Assembly: GCA_051294905.1 (NCBI GenBank) | Contig: CM119372.1 | Coordinates: 2,916,001 to 2,980,000, forward strand | From: Botryllus schlosseri | Lineage: Eukaryota | Length of the DNA: 64,000 bases | Direction: 5' to 3' | Part shown: in pieces, positions 9,758 to 23,338 of the stretch | Position numbering within the stretch: the first letter of the stretch is position 1 | Layout of the letters: each line of letters starts with the position of its first letter | Position numbers and translations under genes: made by a program | The notes under the pieces: generated by a model | Databases searched by the model: none | What the model saw: only the letters and a program-made list of their open reading frames with translations | Told to the model about the DNA's origin: nothing

Positions 9758-12673
9758 TGTGGTGAAAGGGTACAACAATTTTATTAACATAAATGGTCAT
9801 CTCAACATGGCGTTCTCTCGAGAAAAGTACATACGTGTACCAGTTCTAGAAGTGATGCCTAGCTCGGCTGACTCGCAAAATCTATTCAGTCATTGGGAGA
9901 ATATGTTGTAAAAATTCTTAGTTGCCGCTTAGGCTTTTGCTTCAAACTCAACGGCTCCCAATCGATCTGGTTATGACCCTCCAGCTAAAGTGACGATAGA
10001 TAAATTGGCTATTCCACGGATATACATCGGCGGATGTGTTCGCTCTTGTAGAACATCTCACTACGTATGAATCCGCTCTTGAGACGCTAGAAAAATAAGA
10101 ACTTGACCTACTCCAGACACCTCTTAGCCACCTTCCGTCCGGAGCAAGGAGAATGCATCACAGATTTTTCGCTAAAATGCTCACTCTCGCTGAAGATTAT
10201 ATGTTCGCTGCTGTGAAAGCCGACGTGCATCAGAAGGAATAAGTTCGCGACGCCTTGACTCCTGACTTACGTTCGCCTACACTTCGTCTCAGATATTACT
10301 AGAGCACGGATGATATGACATTAAACAAAGCGGATAAGATAGCCGGATCTCTAGAGCGAGCTCAGCAATCTTCGTCTTCCTACGAGGTCATATCGATGCC
10401 CGTACCTACATCCGTGAGTGCAATGGGATCTGAACGAACGGCTAATGGTGATCAAGTCCAAATAACGACGGAGGGAACCGGCGAAGCTGCACTCGTCATG
10501 AAACCACACAAGATTCGTCAATATTGCGGCGGTCAACATTACCCTTTGCGCAAGGTCTGTCGCGCGAAAAACGCTGAGTGCTATAAATGTGGATATAAGG
10601 GCCATTTGAGTGCTTCTCAAAATCAGAAGATTGCTGCACCAGCGTTTGATTCTGATGAAGCCTTTCCTTTGGAAAGTGTAGTAACCGGCGGAGCTGGTGC
10701 CGTAACGTTTAATTAGGCCGAAGTGGCGAAACACGCTTCCCGATTGATTGGAGTACCGAAATCCCTCATTATTATCATTTTTATCATTATAGCATGATTG
10801 ACTATAGAGGCGCTGGTCGACTCGGGGGCCTACAAATGCTTTATGAGACTGTCATTCGCTAATTGGCTCGCACACCCTCTGCATGGCGCAGAATCCACAA
10901 ATACCCTGGCATCGAAGAATTCCACTTCTAAAGTATTGGAACACGTTGCTTCGTCATTCACAATACAGGATCAGAAATACAGCGAAACTCATTTCGGAGT
11001 CGTAAACAATTTGTGCGCGGATGTGATCTTAGGATTGGAGTTCCTCAAAACTCACAAAAACGTAATTTTCAAGTTCAACGGGCATCGAAGCGACTTGATC
11101 ATCGGTGATTCTCACTGTTCCGTCGCTGCCGCTAAGATTACAGAGACGCCAAATATGTTCCACTTCGTTGATAGAAATGTATCTTATCGCTGTGAAATAA
11201 CGAAATTATTGCTCCGATCAAAGAAGAGGTATCAAGATTACTGTAAGAAGATGTGATGGAGAAGTCCGTCTCTCCGAGGCGGGCTCAGGTTCTGGTAACG
11301 AAATATGAAAGCCATAAAAAGCGGTTAGTGATCGACTATTCTCGAACTATTAACAGATATAGGCCTACGCCCTTGGATATGTATCCGCTACCTAAAATCG
11401 AGCATATTGTGAATGAAGTCGCGAAAGGGACGGCATATAGCACCATCGATCTGAAATCCGCCTATCATCAGGTGTCGCTTTGCCCTTCCGATCGTCCTTT
11501 AACAGCTTACGAAGCTGACGGTAATTTATACCAATTTCGTCGATTGCCATTTGGTATAACAAATGGTGTCGCTGCTATCCAGCGATTCATAGACAAGTTT
11601 ATCCAAAATCATAACTTGCAAAGACTTATTGCCTACCTGGACAATGTTAACTATTTATGGTAAAAATTGAAAAGAACACGATTAAGAGGTTGGAACGTTT
11701 TATGACTTCAGCCAAGGCTGACGGGTTGACGCTGAATGAAAAGAAATGTGTGTTATCTGTTGAAAAGTTATCGCTCCTGGGGTAGGCCTACCTTATTATT
11801 TCCCATAACAAAATTAAGCCTCATCCTTGCCATCTGAAACCTTCGATGAATGGGTCCATTGTCCATCCCTAACAATGCCAAAAGTTTAAAGCACTGTCGC
11901 TTATTATTCGAAATGGATACCTTCGTTTTCGGAAAAAGTGAAACCATCGACTCGAAACAATGAATTTCCGTTGACAACCGATGAACGCAAGGCTCTCAAA
12001 TCGTTGAGTAATAGTCTTATATAGGTGCTTGCCTAAGTTGTATATATGACGACGAAACTTTCGATGTTGCCTGTGATGCGAGTCAAAATACAATATCGTT
12101 GAAAGAGGGGCCCTTGCTATTATTGAGGCCATACGAAAATGGGGTCACTAGCTTCACCGCAATAAGTTCCGCCTGGTTACGGATCCAAAAGCGTTGTCAA
12201 TCATATTCAGCAAAACTCACGCCATTAAAATCAAAAATGCGGAATTTTCGGTGTAGAAACTCGAATTGATCGCCTTCAAGTGTGACATAATTCGGTGCCC
12301 TAGGACTGAGAATATTGTTCCAGATACATTTTCTCGTGTGTGCTGCTAGTTGCCAAATTCAGCCTTGTCTCTCCATCAGGTGCACGAAGCTCTTGCCCAT
12401 CCCGGGGTACGATAGTTGCACCATTTTATTAGAGCGAAACACTTACCTTTCTCTGTAGATGAAGTCAGAAAGATCTGCGCTAACTGCAGAAAGTGCTCAG
12501 AAATCAAACCACGATTCTATAAATCCAATGTCCATCACCTTCTCCTCAAATCGACTAGGCAGTGGGAGAGAATAAGATTGATTTCTAAGGCCCTGTCGAA
12601 GGATCTCGAAAGTGTCTGCTCGTAATTGCTGACGAATACAGCAGATTTCCATTTGCCTATCCATGCCGAGATA
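9758..12673 (+). mobile_element. Decayed Ty3/Gypsy LTR retrotransposon (gag-PR-RT-RNase H-N-terminal integrase)
   Basis: gag from ATG 9807 with zinc knuckle CYKCGYKGH; protease ALVDSGA (~10810); RT KKRLVIDY, STIDLKSAYHQ, LPFG, YLDN (11253-11660); RNase H ALAIIEAIRKW (~12110); integrase HEALAHPG...CRKC...DEYSRFPFAYPC (12380-12670). Domain order is Gypsy. Many stops and frameshifts; no LTR pair found. Confidence 0.93.
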
Positions 12674-12689
12674 TTATACTTGATTGAGA

Positions 12690-13147
12690 GAGCGTGTCAT
12701 CCAAATTGCAGCGATGTCTTATCGATATTGAGCTTTGGATGACACAAAATCGTCTCAAATTAAACAACGAGAAAACGGAACTCATCATTTTTGCTCCAAC
12801 CAGACGCCCCATCGACCACAATGAATTCACCATCAGATTCGGACCAAACGCTATCCAAGCCAAGTCCTGCGTGCGCAACCTATGTATTCACTTTGACGAC
12901 ATGCTCTCAATGGAAAAACATATCGACAATACACCAAAGATCTGTTTCATGTATATCCACATGATCAGTCGAATCAGGAACTACCTATCTGAGGATGCAT
13001 GCAAAGCCATAATACTATCGTTGGTGATATCACGGCTTGCCTATGGAAATGCTCTGCTTTTCGGGGTAAACTAAAATTGCACCGACAAGCTACAGAGGAT
13101 CCAAAACATGGCGGCTCGTTTGGTAACTCGGTCAAGGAAGCGTGATC
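12690..13147 (+). mobile_element. 5'-truncated L2/CR1-group LINE, RT C-terminal region
   Basis: WMTQNRLKLNNEKTELI...VRNLCIHFD..LSMEKHI...SLVISRLAYGNALL...KLQRIQNMAARLV is typical of L2/CR1 ORF2. Probable 3' end (gcgctct...aaattattatatt) at ~14080-14170. Confidence 0.88.
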
Positions 13148-13148
13148 C

Positions 13149-14000
13149 TAGGGCAAATTTTTGTTGCACCAAAATCGCGAGAAAGTCGCACTTAATTTTA
13201 ACATAAGTTGCAGTAAAAAGTTGCATTCATAGTTTTGTTGAATTAGTAGGGTATGAGATACTTTGAAGATTCTGTTGTATAACCTAGTTTCTGCAGAGCT
13301 GTCAAATTTGTTACTTTGCCATTTCACGGACATTCTGGCGAGACCGCCAAAAGTTATATTTTTTCCCGGTACACAGCAAGAAAATTATGCAATGCGGGAA
13401 TAATTTTCCCAAAAAATTCAAACAACAGCATGGCGATACCTCGACCAAGAACAAGTCAAATAACTTACTCCAAACCCCTAGGTCTGCGAACTTGACCCAA
13501 GGCGTTGCAGAAAAACTCATTCTTGGCGACTTTAACAAAATCAATAGCCTGAATAAGGTGTCCCAGTGTAAATGTAGTTTTCGGCGGTCTCGCCTGGGCC
13601 TTCGTAAAATGGGGAACTCTCTCGAATTTAAACGACAGAATTACTAAATCGATCTATTTACATATTGTTCGGGCGCAGTCGTGCCTGGCAGGGGTAGTTT
13701 AACTTCTTGCTTGCAAGGCATTGTGTCATAGATAAGACAGTGAGATCACTGAGACGCAGCTAACCCATGATATAGCTCTTTGTTTTACAAATCAAAGAGA
13801 ATAAAACCATACTAGAAATAGTTTACAGCATGTTTTTAAACCATTCCTTTACATTTTGACGCAATATTCGATAAAAGTTGCAGTGAAAATTGGTACGAAA
13901 AATAGGGAAAACCTGAAAAGTTGCAAAAGGTTGTTCTATAAAATCCCTCCGAACAGCTTAAAACATCACTGTACATAGATTTTTAGTATCTAGGAAGCTG
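13149..14000 (+). repeat. Unclassified interspersed repeat (aaagttgca-rich)
   Basis: Starts tagggcaaatttttgttgc; copies at ~44180-44690 (-) and ~56280-57790 (+, interrupted). No TIR recognised. Confidence 0.75.
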
Positions 14001-14144
14001 TTCGAACTTCAGTAGTGTTCATACCGCCATACAACTATGAACTCGGTCTTTAACACATCTTGTTTACTTTTATATTTTAGTGCATTTTGTACAGCGCTCT
14101 AGTGTAATATACTGATATATTGTTATATTCGGCGCGCTCTGTAA

Positions 14145-14277
14145 ATTATTATATTATTAATATTATAATATATTATATTATATTATATTGTATTATATTA
14201 TATTATATTGTATTGTATTGTATTGTATTGTATTATATTATATTGTATTGTATTATATTATATTATATTATATTATA
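14145..14277. repeat. AT-rich microsatellite (TATTA/TATTG)n
   Basis: Tandem pentamers; lies between a LINE-like 3' end and a possible minus-strand SINE-like sequence (14278-14387). Confidence 0.9.
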
Positions 14278-14702
14278 GTGAATCTGCTGAGTCGAGGTAA
14301 AATTGCCCCGCCCAGATAAAAATGCTACCGCCGAGAGTCGTTTACAGTCTTTCGCGTTGTAGGCCGTGGTATTAACCGACCACGCTAACTCGAATAATAT
14401 TCTTCTCTTCGATAATATCGAGAGAAGAAGTGTTTCAGAGTCAAACCAAGCACTTGGCCGCGCTATACCTTGCTCAATGCTCATTTTCCACTACCGCGAG
14501 ACGTAGGCGACTATAGCTGCTACGGATAAAATGCACCGTACGAAAACACATGGCAACAGCTATACCTGACCACCCACATAATTAGGGCCGAAAAGGCTCT
14601 TCATCAGAAAACGTTGGCCCTCCCATAGTTAGATAGATGTTTTTTACCAGTACCTATGAGCACATCCATCCTACTCAGTGTATGCAGAGAGTCCATGAAG
14701 CC

Positions 14703-16687
14703 CAGTGGTTCTCAACCTTGCCTCCAGCGCCCCCAAAGGGCGGTGGCGATTTTGAAGGGGGCGGAAACGCTCAGGGGGCGATATGGGGGGCGCTGAAGAA
14801 AAAATGACTTCGCAGTAGATGATGTGGTAGTGGGACATATCCGTAATGCGTATTCAGAGCAAATAATTAACATTCCACAAAACATGTCAAATCCCGAAAT
14901 TTGTGGTCGCGTTACGCGACGATGTTTGCTACATACGTTTTCATAAATGTAGTGGGTTATTATAATTCATGTAAAACGCATTGTGCGCGCTTTTAGATCA
15001 CCATTTTCCCGTTAAAACACTGCCGTCACGCTTGCTATGGTTATGTTCAACAAAATGTTTCGAATTAGGTATTATATCCCGCAGCGCACAGCGTGTGAAA
15101 ATCGAAGAAGGAGGCACTGTATATCACGTTTGAGAGTGAGAGCCCCATGTACATAAAATAAGTTTTGAAGCTTTGTGCACGAAATGGATACTAAATACGC
15201 TTGTAATTGAGAGCTACAAAATTAAATCGTCAGAATATTTTTTCATCGTATCATAAAGCATGATACTATTTAGCGTTGTGGTTCACAATCTCACGTGAAC
15301 GTTATATAATATAAGTTGCTTTGTTTGGAATACATTCATGTTAAAATTAATAACTGGGTACGGTAGTAAATTCAATGTTAGCAGATATATGCATCCCATT
15401 CTCACTTTCTCAGTTTACTGACGTAGGCCTACTCATAGTTACACAAAGCACTAAGACGAAATCCAATACCATTAATTTCTCCGTATTGCCAATCGCAGAT
15501 GTGAATACGGGATGGTTCGGACTACAGGGTATGAGACCGTACCCGATTGTTGTTAAGACAACCTTATACCTTGATTTGACCCTGAATATACCACACACAA
15601 TTATTATATGGTTTATTATAGTCGAATGGTCCTTGAGCGCGATTAAAGCGCGAAATATTTCCAATACCAAAGTCCCGAAAACATCGACTGGACTTTGACC
15701 TCTTACCAGGACCGAAACTGCTGCAACCCAAACCCCCAATCGGTGAGCTCGAAGGGTGTCCTAAATCATTTTGGTGAATGAACATAAATTACACATCATG
15801 TTTCGACGACTCCCCCACGAAAGAATACGTATAATTATAGAAAATAGAAATAGGCATTTCGGCGTCGGCCATTTCCACGCCACGATGCACAAAGACATAT
15901 AAAGTTCTGAATAAATATGGCACTCCGAGAAGTGTTATAAAAAGATAGTCAGCGAGAGAACCTTAGCCGAAGAGGATCGCCCTTATGTTGACCGTAAACT
16001 TCCATGTAGGGTATATAAGTCTAATTGTCCATAGGTGCTTAAATCGCTCCTGCCGAAATATCATGTCGTTGCAATCTGCACCCCACAGGACAAATAACAT
16101 CCACCAGAGAAAATTATTTGCCAGTGAAGAAATACTAATTTTGAATCGTGTGCTTACTTTAGTTTAATACGTAGATGCGTTTCAATATCTTTTGACTATA
16201 TAGCGGACAAGAGGTAATAAAATGACAACATGTAACGAATTAATTGTATCAACGGGCACGCCCGAATATGTTCAATTATTAATTACGCGGCCTTCATCTT
16301 CCAATACAACAGCTCACTCAACGCTACTGGTAAATCTGATTACGTGGGCTGAGAGGATAAAAAGTTTATAGCGACATATATATGCAATTACCACCTATTC
16401 ATTCATGCATTATAGTAAATTTTTGCGCCTAGTGCGACCAGGCCACACAAACTTTGCTGGCCATCAAAATCACGCGACGGGGTTCTTGCGGACGAAGCCC
16501 TCAGAAGGCTGGTTATCACGCTATGGGTGCGCAAGACAATCGTTTTTAGGGGGCTGACGAAGTGCTATTACGGCCCTCCCTCTTACCCATTGTCATTATT
16601 ACAGTCCTTACAATATGAGGTGGGGGGCGCTGGAGCACGATAATTTTTGAAGGGGGACGCTGGAGGAAAAAAGGTTAAGAACCACTG
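14703..16687 (+). mobile_element. ~2 kb non-autonomous hAT-like element
   Basis: TIRs cagtggttctcaacc / ggttaagaaccactg; TSD atgaagcc / atgtagcc. Confidence 0.88.
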
Positions 16688-17314
16688 ATGTAGCCCAATC
16701 GCGCGAAGCACGGAAATTTTCTCTAATTCATGACCGATTCGGTCAATAATACTGGCAATTGCATATTATTGCTATATTTTTCATATCCTCTCAGAATTAC
16801 CAGATTTCCGATAGAGCTGAGTGAGGTGTTGTCTTGGAAAATTTAGGGCACGCCATCAACAATTAAACATATTCGGGCGGGCCTGGTGGAAAAATTGTTT
16901 CGTTACATGTCATTAATTCGTGACCTACTGTCTGTTATATAGTGAATTATTATTATTATTGAAATCGCCCAAGCGTATTAAACTAAAAAACTCACACGCC
17001 CCCAAATTGATCGGCCTATTTCTTCACTGGAAAATAACTTTTCTCTGTTGGATGCCATTTGTCCTGTGGGGTACCGATTGCCAAGACATCGAAATTCGGC
17101 GCCGGCCATTCAGGTGCCTGTGGACAATCTGACACCTGTATATATCGAAGTTTTCGGTCAACAAAAGGCAGTCCTTTTCGGCCAAGGTTTTCTCGCTGCC
17201 TAATTTTTGACACACTTTCCGGATTACTTTGTTAGCCTAAACTTCGTCATGGGTTGGTGCGTCGTGTCACAGCAATGGCTGACGCCAAAATACCTACTCC
17301 TATAACTCATGCGT

Positions 17315-17529
17315 TTGTCTGTTCGTAGTATTCATGGTGTTTGTCGACTGCTATGGCCATTTACACCAGGCCAATTCTCTTTATTTCCAGGCTTTTATAA
17401 GACACCGCTGCGGATGAGATGGCAAGACGGGGCCTAGATAAACCTCCAGCACTTAGGTAGGAATTCTGGAGTCTACCTCGGTCGGACTCGAACCCACAAC
17501 ACATTGATGTTGCAGCTGTTGATTATACC
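17315..17529 (-). mobile_element. SINE family A copy with 13-bp TSD
   Basis: Reverse complement of 1169-1451 with an internal deletion; B-box ggactcgaacc; TSD ataactcatgcgt at 17302-17314 and 17530-17542. Confidence 0.9.
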
Positions 17530-20500
17530 ATAACTCATGCGTATTTCCTGGAAGAAGGATAACCAATAATCAGGGCATTTTGTGACACCAAATCGGGCAG
17601 AGCGTGAAAATAAAATTGAAAAGTTCAATGAAGTTTCAACAAAAATACTCTTTAATTTATGTTCATTAACGAAATAACATTGGCCCCTTTCAAGCCCGGC
17701 CCCCTTCAATGGGGGAGTTTGGGGTGCGGCATTTACAGTCCTGCATAATATGAATGAACCGAAAACGAATGATCGTGCAAACTGCGCGATTTAGCGAGTA
17801 AGCTCGTACTTGTCGCTCGCATGTCGTCTAATGACACGGCTTGAACTTCACGTCAAAACGAACATGCTTCCAGACCTAATGTTACCTCACGAAATTATGA
17901 ATCATTTTAAAATTTGATGTTTTATTTTCTTATCAATGGACAAGCCTTTAACATATTGCATCTTGAGATTGAGGTTTAAAATTATAATATTCCTGGCGGA
18001 CCGGCAGGAAATTCGTCGCGGACCGGCGGTTGAGAACCACTGGACTAGAGTGCAGAACTGATTCACCTCTAGTCTCTATGTATGGTCAGTTGGTCACCAT
18101 CTACAACAGTGGTTCTTAACCATTTTCCAGCGACGCCCCTTTCAAAAATTGTCTAAATCTGCCCCCCCCCCCTCCATATTTAGTTTAACGAAATATATTG
18201 TTAACGCCATTTTAATAGTGTTCAATGAGTAGTGTTATAAAACCTTACCTAATTCCCTGAAGTGAAAACCCGATAAGACCTTTGTGATTCGTGTGAATAA
18301 CGATAAGAGAAATAAATCGTACGATGTTTTGGTGCATATGATCTCTCGTGGCTATAATATATATATACGAATGTAATACCACGTAAGACATTCAGTTCAT
18401 TCATTCTATTTGATTTATAATTTGGACGTACTGTTACGCCGCTGTACGTTGAGCAATAAAGTTACAAGTCGTGGAGACAGAAACAAAACATTCGTCTGTG
18501 TGATCTTCGAATAGACGTGTGCTATAGACAGGCTTCGTGGTACATCAGCCAACGAGCCAATCCCCGGCGTGGGACGCCGGTCAGTCGAACAGAAAGATAT
18601 ACACAACGAATGCTACAAGTAACCTTCTGGAGTCAGATTACACACAAGTATAACATCTACAAAATATTCGCTCTGCGTTAAGAAAAAACAATAGGTAAGA
18701 GGTCGAAGCCCGGTAGGTTTTTTCGAGTTGGGACTTTACTGCTATTGGAAATATTTAGTGCTTGAATCGCGCTCGAGTACTCGAATAATTAACGCTATAA
18801 TAACTGTATGCGTTATATTCGAAATCAAACCAAGGTTGTTAAAACAACTATCGGGTACGGGCCCATACCATTTAGTTCGAGCCCAATGTACACACCCCGA
18901 ATCACCATTGTCATTGGCAATACGGTGAAGGTAATTGTATTGATTTTTGTTCTTATTGCTTTGTGTGACTGTATGTAGGCTATGTATAGAGTAGGGTTAC
19001 CATATTTCTGTGACACAAATTCCGGACACTCTTTAGCGCCCACTAGAGGATTTTAAAATGAGTTTTGACGTCACACTAGCAAAGCTTTGCTCATAGACCA
19101 GAGGTGGTCACGATCAGGTTCAGGAGAATGTATGTGGCTGAATGTTGTGTAACCGGGACCGAAACCACATTTTTCAGACCCTTGCCACTCAAATAAACAA
19201 TGATTTTGAGCCCACCATGGAGAAATCGATGCAACTACCGGGGGGGGGGAGGCTGGCTATATGAATCTGGTTTCTATATGCAAATGGTCGTTAAATTTTT
19301 TGAATGAATTCCATCAATAATATTGGTTGTTCCATGTATTACTATATGGTTACTACAGTTACTATACTCTCCGCCCGCGCCCACATGATCAGTGTTAGCG
19401 GTATAGTTGGTGGAGGAGGATGATGAGTTCGAAAATACAGGGAGCGTAATCGTACATCGTTAAGTCATGTTTATGTCCCACGGATAAGATTTTTTATCAG
19501 CCTTATGCCGGTGCGCACCACGGAGCGTTATAAACACCTCACATCCAGTGGTTTCCAACCTTTTATGGTCACTACTCCATCTCCAATTTGAAAACATTCC
19601 GTCGCGCGGATCAAAATTTGAGGAGCTGATTACTAAAAGAAGTCAGCACCTTTGCCCCGACTTACTCACGGGCTATTTTGGAAGCTGATTACGTTCGACA
19701 TATTCGCGAAACCCAGAATAAAGGCAAACGACCGCCAACTTTGGAACCACTATATATCATTGAATAAAGCATTTAAACGGCCTTAACGATCTCTAGGAAT
19801 ATACCGTTCTCCTATAATTGCGATTACAATTAGGCTTATTCCAGTAAATGAAGGTTGTTTTCATTTATATTTTATTGCACTTTTTGCGACGGTGTTAGTC
19901 CCCATATTAAAATCAATGAGTGTGATAGTGAATCGCGCGCAGCGCGAAGGAAAATATCATGCATCAGCATAAATATTCCCAAAAATAATATTTTCATGTT
20001 AATTTACGAAAAAATTGTGGGGCCACGTCAAGTCTTCAAAATTCCGGACATTTGGCATATTTTAGAAATTCCTCCCGGACGCTAGTTTGAACAATTAAAT
20101 TCCGGACATGTCCGGGAAATTCCGGACGTATGGCAACCCTAGTATAGAGGAGAGGGTGCTTCTCGCCAAACTGTGGCCTTTTGCAACATGCCTGTTTACT
20201 CGTGGAACTATATATGTCCCTCGTGGACAATATAACAAAGTCTAACAGTGATTGTACCGTCTAAGGACATTTCAATAGCAAGCTAAACGAAAGTGGAATA
20301 TTGTGTCCATGTGCTTTGTGTGACCAGTAAGTCAACTGAGACTCTGATAGAGATCCTAGCTCACACTGAATTTGTCACCGCACCCAGTTATTAGCTTTAA
20401 TATGAATGCATTCCAAACAAAGCAATCCATGTTATATAACGTTCATGTGACGTTGTGGCTTGTCGGTCGGTCACTCACAACGCTATAAAAGTATCCTCCT

Positions 20501-20627
20501 TTATGATACGATGAATAAATATTCCGAAGTTATAATTTTGTAACTCTCATATACATTATACAAGTTTATATGTAGTTAATAATTTTCGTCGAACATCATG
20601 TCTTCTTTACTTTCATTCAGTGTGCAT

Positions 20628-22449
20628 TAGGGTTATGACTAAAAAAAAATTCGCCTGTAGCAGGAATTGATGAGCATTTTGGTATGGATTAAAAAAATTA
20701 TAATTAATTTGTTCAAATCGAAAAAAATGTCCCGCACAAACCAACTTCAATTTTCGACACTGGTCCAAATATAGAAAAAATTTACAATTTAAAGGTATTC
20801 TTTGCTACAAATTTAATCTTCATATATATGTCCTTTTGTACTTCTGGTAAAGTTCATCCATCAATTTGACTTCTCTTTCTGTTATTATGTTAGTGCCAGG
20901 GACATCTACAACGGAAATATCCGACTTCCAATGGGATTTTAAGGCACTTTATCGCTGGAGGACATTCGAGCGCAAAAATAGCAGCAAATAATATTTGGTA
21001 TACTCTATAGAGCCCGATCGATATTGGATTTTTGGGTCGATACCGATAAAACCGATATCTCACACCTTGACCGAGAACCCCAATACATTCAGCCGATATT
21101 CAAAAGAAGTTGGATATACATAAGCACATTTTCAAAGCTTCAGAGCATTTATTTGAACATCTTTACAGCCATTGTTATATTTGAACATGAAGTAATTAGA
21201 AAGGCTACATCTGGACACCTGTTAAGTGTAAGCTTGTGACATATATCAATATTCTCAATCTAGCAGTCAAAGATTATAGTTTTCTGATTTCCTACCGCCA
21301 TGTTGTGATGTCACGAGAATTGCCGATAATTTTTCAGCTTCAATGGCTGATACCGATAATTCTGTCGAAGTGTGATATCGTCCCGATATTATCGGCGAAC
21401 CGATAAACGGTCGGGCTCCAGTATATTCCATCTATAGACATCTGGTTAGAATACCAGGCTTCCTGACACGCATTTGCGAGGAATAAGCATGATATCTCAA
21501 GAGTTACTCTCCATCTGGGGACTTGGAAGTACGGAATTATAGCCCTTGAACTTCATCTCGCATTGCGTAGAGATGGAAGTTTATGTCATTTGATTAGTGC
21601 TAATCTACTATTTTCTCTGATAGAGCGGCATGCTCTGCACAGCACATAGATAAACTTAAAATCATCCCTCCATCCTCGGTTTTCTAATATTTTCATTTGA
21701 AATCCTGGCTTGATGGATTGTACCAAGTTTTCGTAGTATTTTACCATATCATCTCCAAATTTGTAGCTGAGAGTTGGATTTGTTGAGGATGTTGGATTGA
21801 AGAACTCTGATATATGCTTTAGGAATCGATAATATTATGTTGGCAACCAATGTATTGTGGTTTATGAAAACCCTTGCTCATCACTGCAATTTGCAGTTTC
21901 ACAACAACGCCATTCCGCCGCCCAGTATCAACAGATGCTGAGTCAAATATGATATGACATTTTCAAATTTTCATCATATTCCTCTAATCGGTTTTCTAGA
22001 CCGCTGAAAATATGTTGAGTTGTTCTACTTTCGCCTTTTCGAACAACCAGTTCGATTTGTGTCAGACAAATTGAAATTATACGATCTATACAGTCTACAT
22101 CTAAAATCGAAATTAATAATTATTTATTAATTATTTAATTTTGACTGTAAGCAAGAAAACGACAGGAATAATTCAATATGAGCGATCAAAATTTACCAAA
22201 ATACTATTTTAAATCTTCGCAATTGGAATTGAGTCAGTTAAATTCAAATCAGTCGGTATATATATTATATGGTCTGTATCTACAAAAAAGCCTATCCTTC
22301 ATACCGTGAAAACTGGAAAATTTATGTGCGGGAGGTTTTTGTTTATTCAGTCTTAACTTTTGGTAATTTTGCAATCAGGACACAAGAGCTCATCGTTTGT
22401 GACTACAGGCCACACAAAATTTTGAATTTTTTTTCTAGTCATAACCCTA
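20628..22449. mobile_element. Non-autonomous DNA element with long imperfect TIRs (TAGGGTTATGACT ends)
   Basis: TIR tagggttatgactaaaaaaa / ttttttctagtcataacccta; perfect TSD gtgtgcat (20620-20627, 22450-22457). Confidence 0.88.
21008..21420. mobile_element. hAT-like MITE with ccgata repeats
   Basis: TIRs tagagcccgatcg / cggtcgggctcca; flanks gtatactc(+ta) / gtatattc. Confidence 0.75.
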
Positions 22450-22612
22450 GTGTGCATGCCTCCTCTTTACATCGCCTAGGCCAAGGTGGGTGTCTGATTC
22501 CATAGACAAATCCAAGTCGCTTCGACATCTTCCTGTTTATTCATTGTATCGCATTTTTGTGGTGTATTGAACTGATAAAATTGCTAATAAACCAATGATG
22601 ATGATGATGAAA
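22450..22612 (+). repeat. Retroelement-3'-end-like repeat (host repeat H) ending AATAAA-(ATG)n
   Basis: gcctcctctttacatcgcctagg...; copies at 47332-47478 (+) and ~33996-34180 (-). Confidence 0.75.
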
Positions 22613-22755
22613 GCTCCTTTAATGCACTAAGGGCTCTCATTCTAAAAAGTGTATCTAGTATCTGTCTTCGATTTCGACACGCTGTGCGCTGCAGGAAACA
22701 TTTTGTAGAAAATATCCCGAGCTAGCGTGACGGAAGTGTTTTAACATAGTATAGG

Positions 22756-23338
22756 CAGGGTTGTAATGACTCGAGTCATGACTCGTCTCGAGTCCGACTG
22801 GAGTCACGATTTTCTGATGAATCGACTTGACTCGAGTCATTTTCTCAAAATACGGAAATGACTCGACTCGATTCAATCTGTGTATTGACTCGACTTGGCC
22901 TCGAGTCATTGCGCATGATTCGAACCAAGTCATATGACTCGATACCCAAACGGCCAAAACCGACATTTCATTGTAATTCCGAAGAATCACGCTATTGGGG
23001 TTTCATCAGTTGGTATACTGGTACTTGAAAATGCGACCAGAAACTGCACAAAGTGAGGAGAATTAGTGTGGTATAAATTCGAACCATTCGATTTCACCAA
23101 ACAGGGTTATAAAGAGTGGGTTATACACTTTAACTGAAAACTGAGCAGTCAACACAATGACTTGGACTTGGACTCGAGTCATAATACCATGACTCGGAAT
23201 CGACCGTCTTCTCACTGAGTTGGACTCGGACTTGACTCGGGGGTGAATTGAAAATGACTGGACTTGACTCGAGTCAAAACTATAAAAGGGAGATTGAATT
23301 GTGACTCGGAACCTGGTGACTTATTGGTTACAACCCTG
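22756..23338. mobile_element. hAT-like MITE with gactcgagtc repeats
   Basis: TIRs cagggttgtaa / ttacaaccctg; TSD agtatagg / agtgtagg. Confidence 0.9.
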
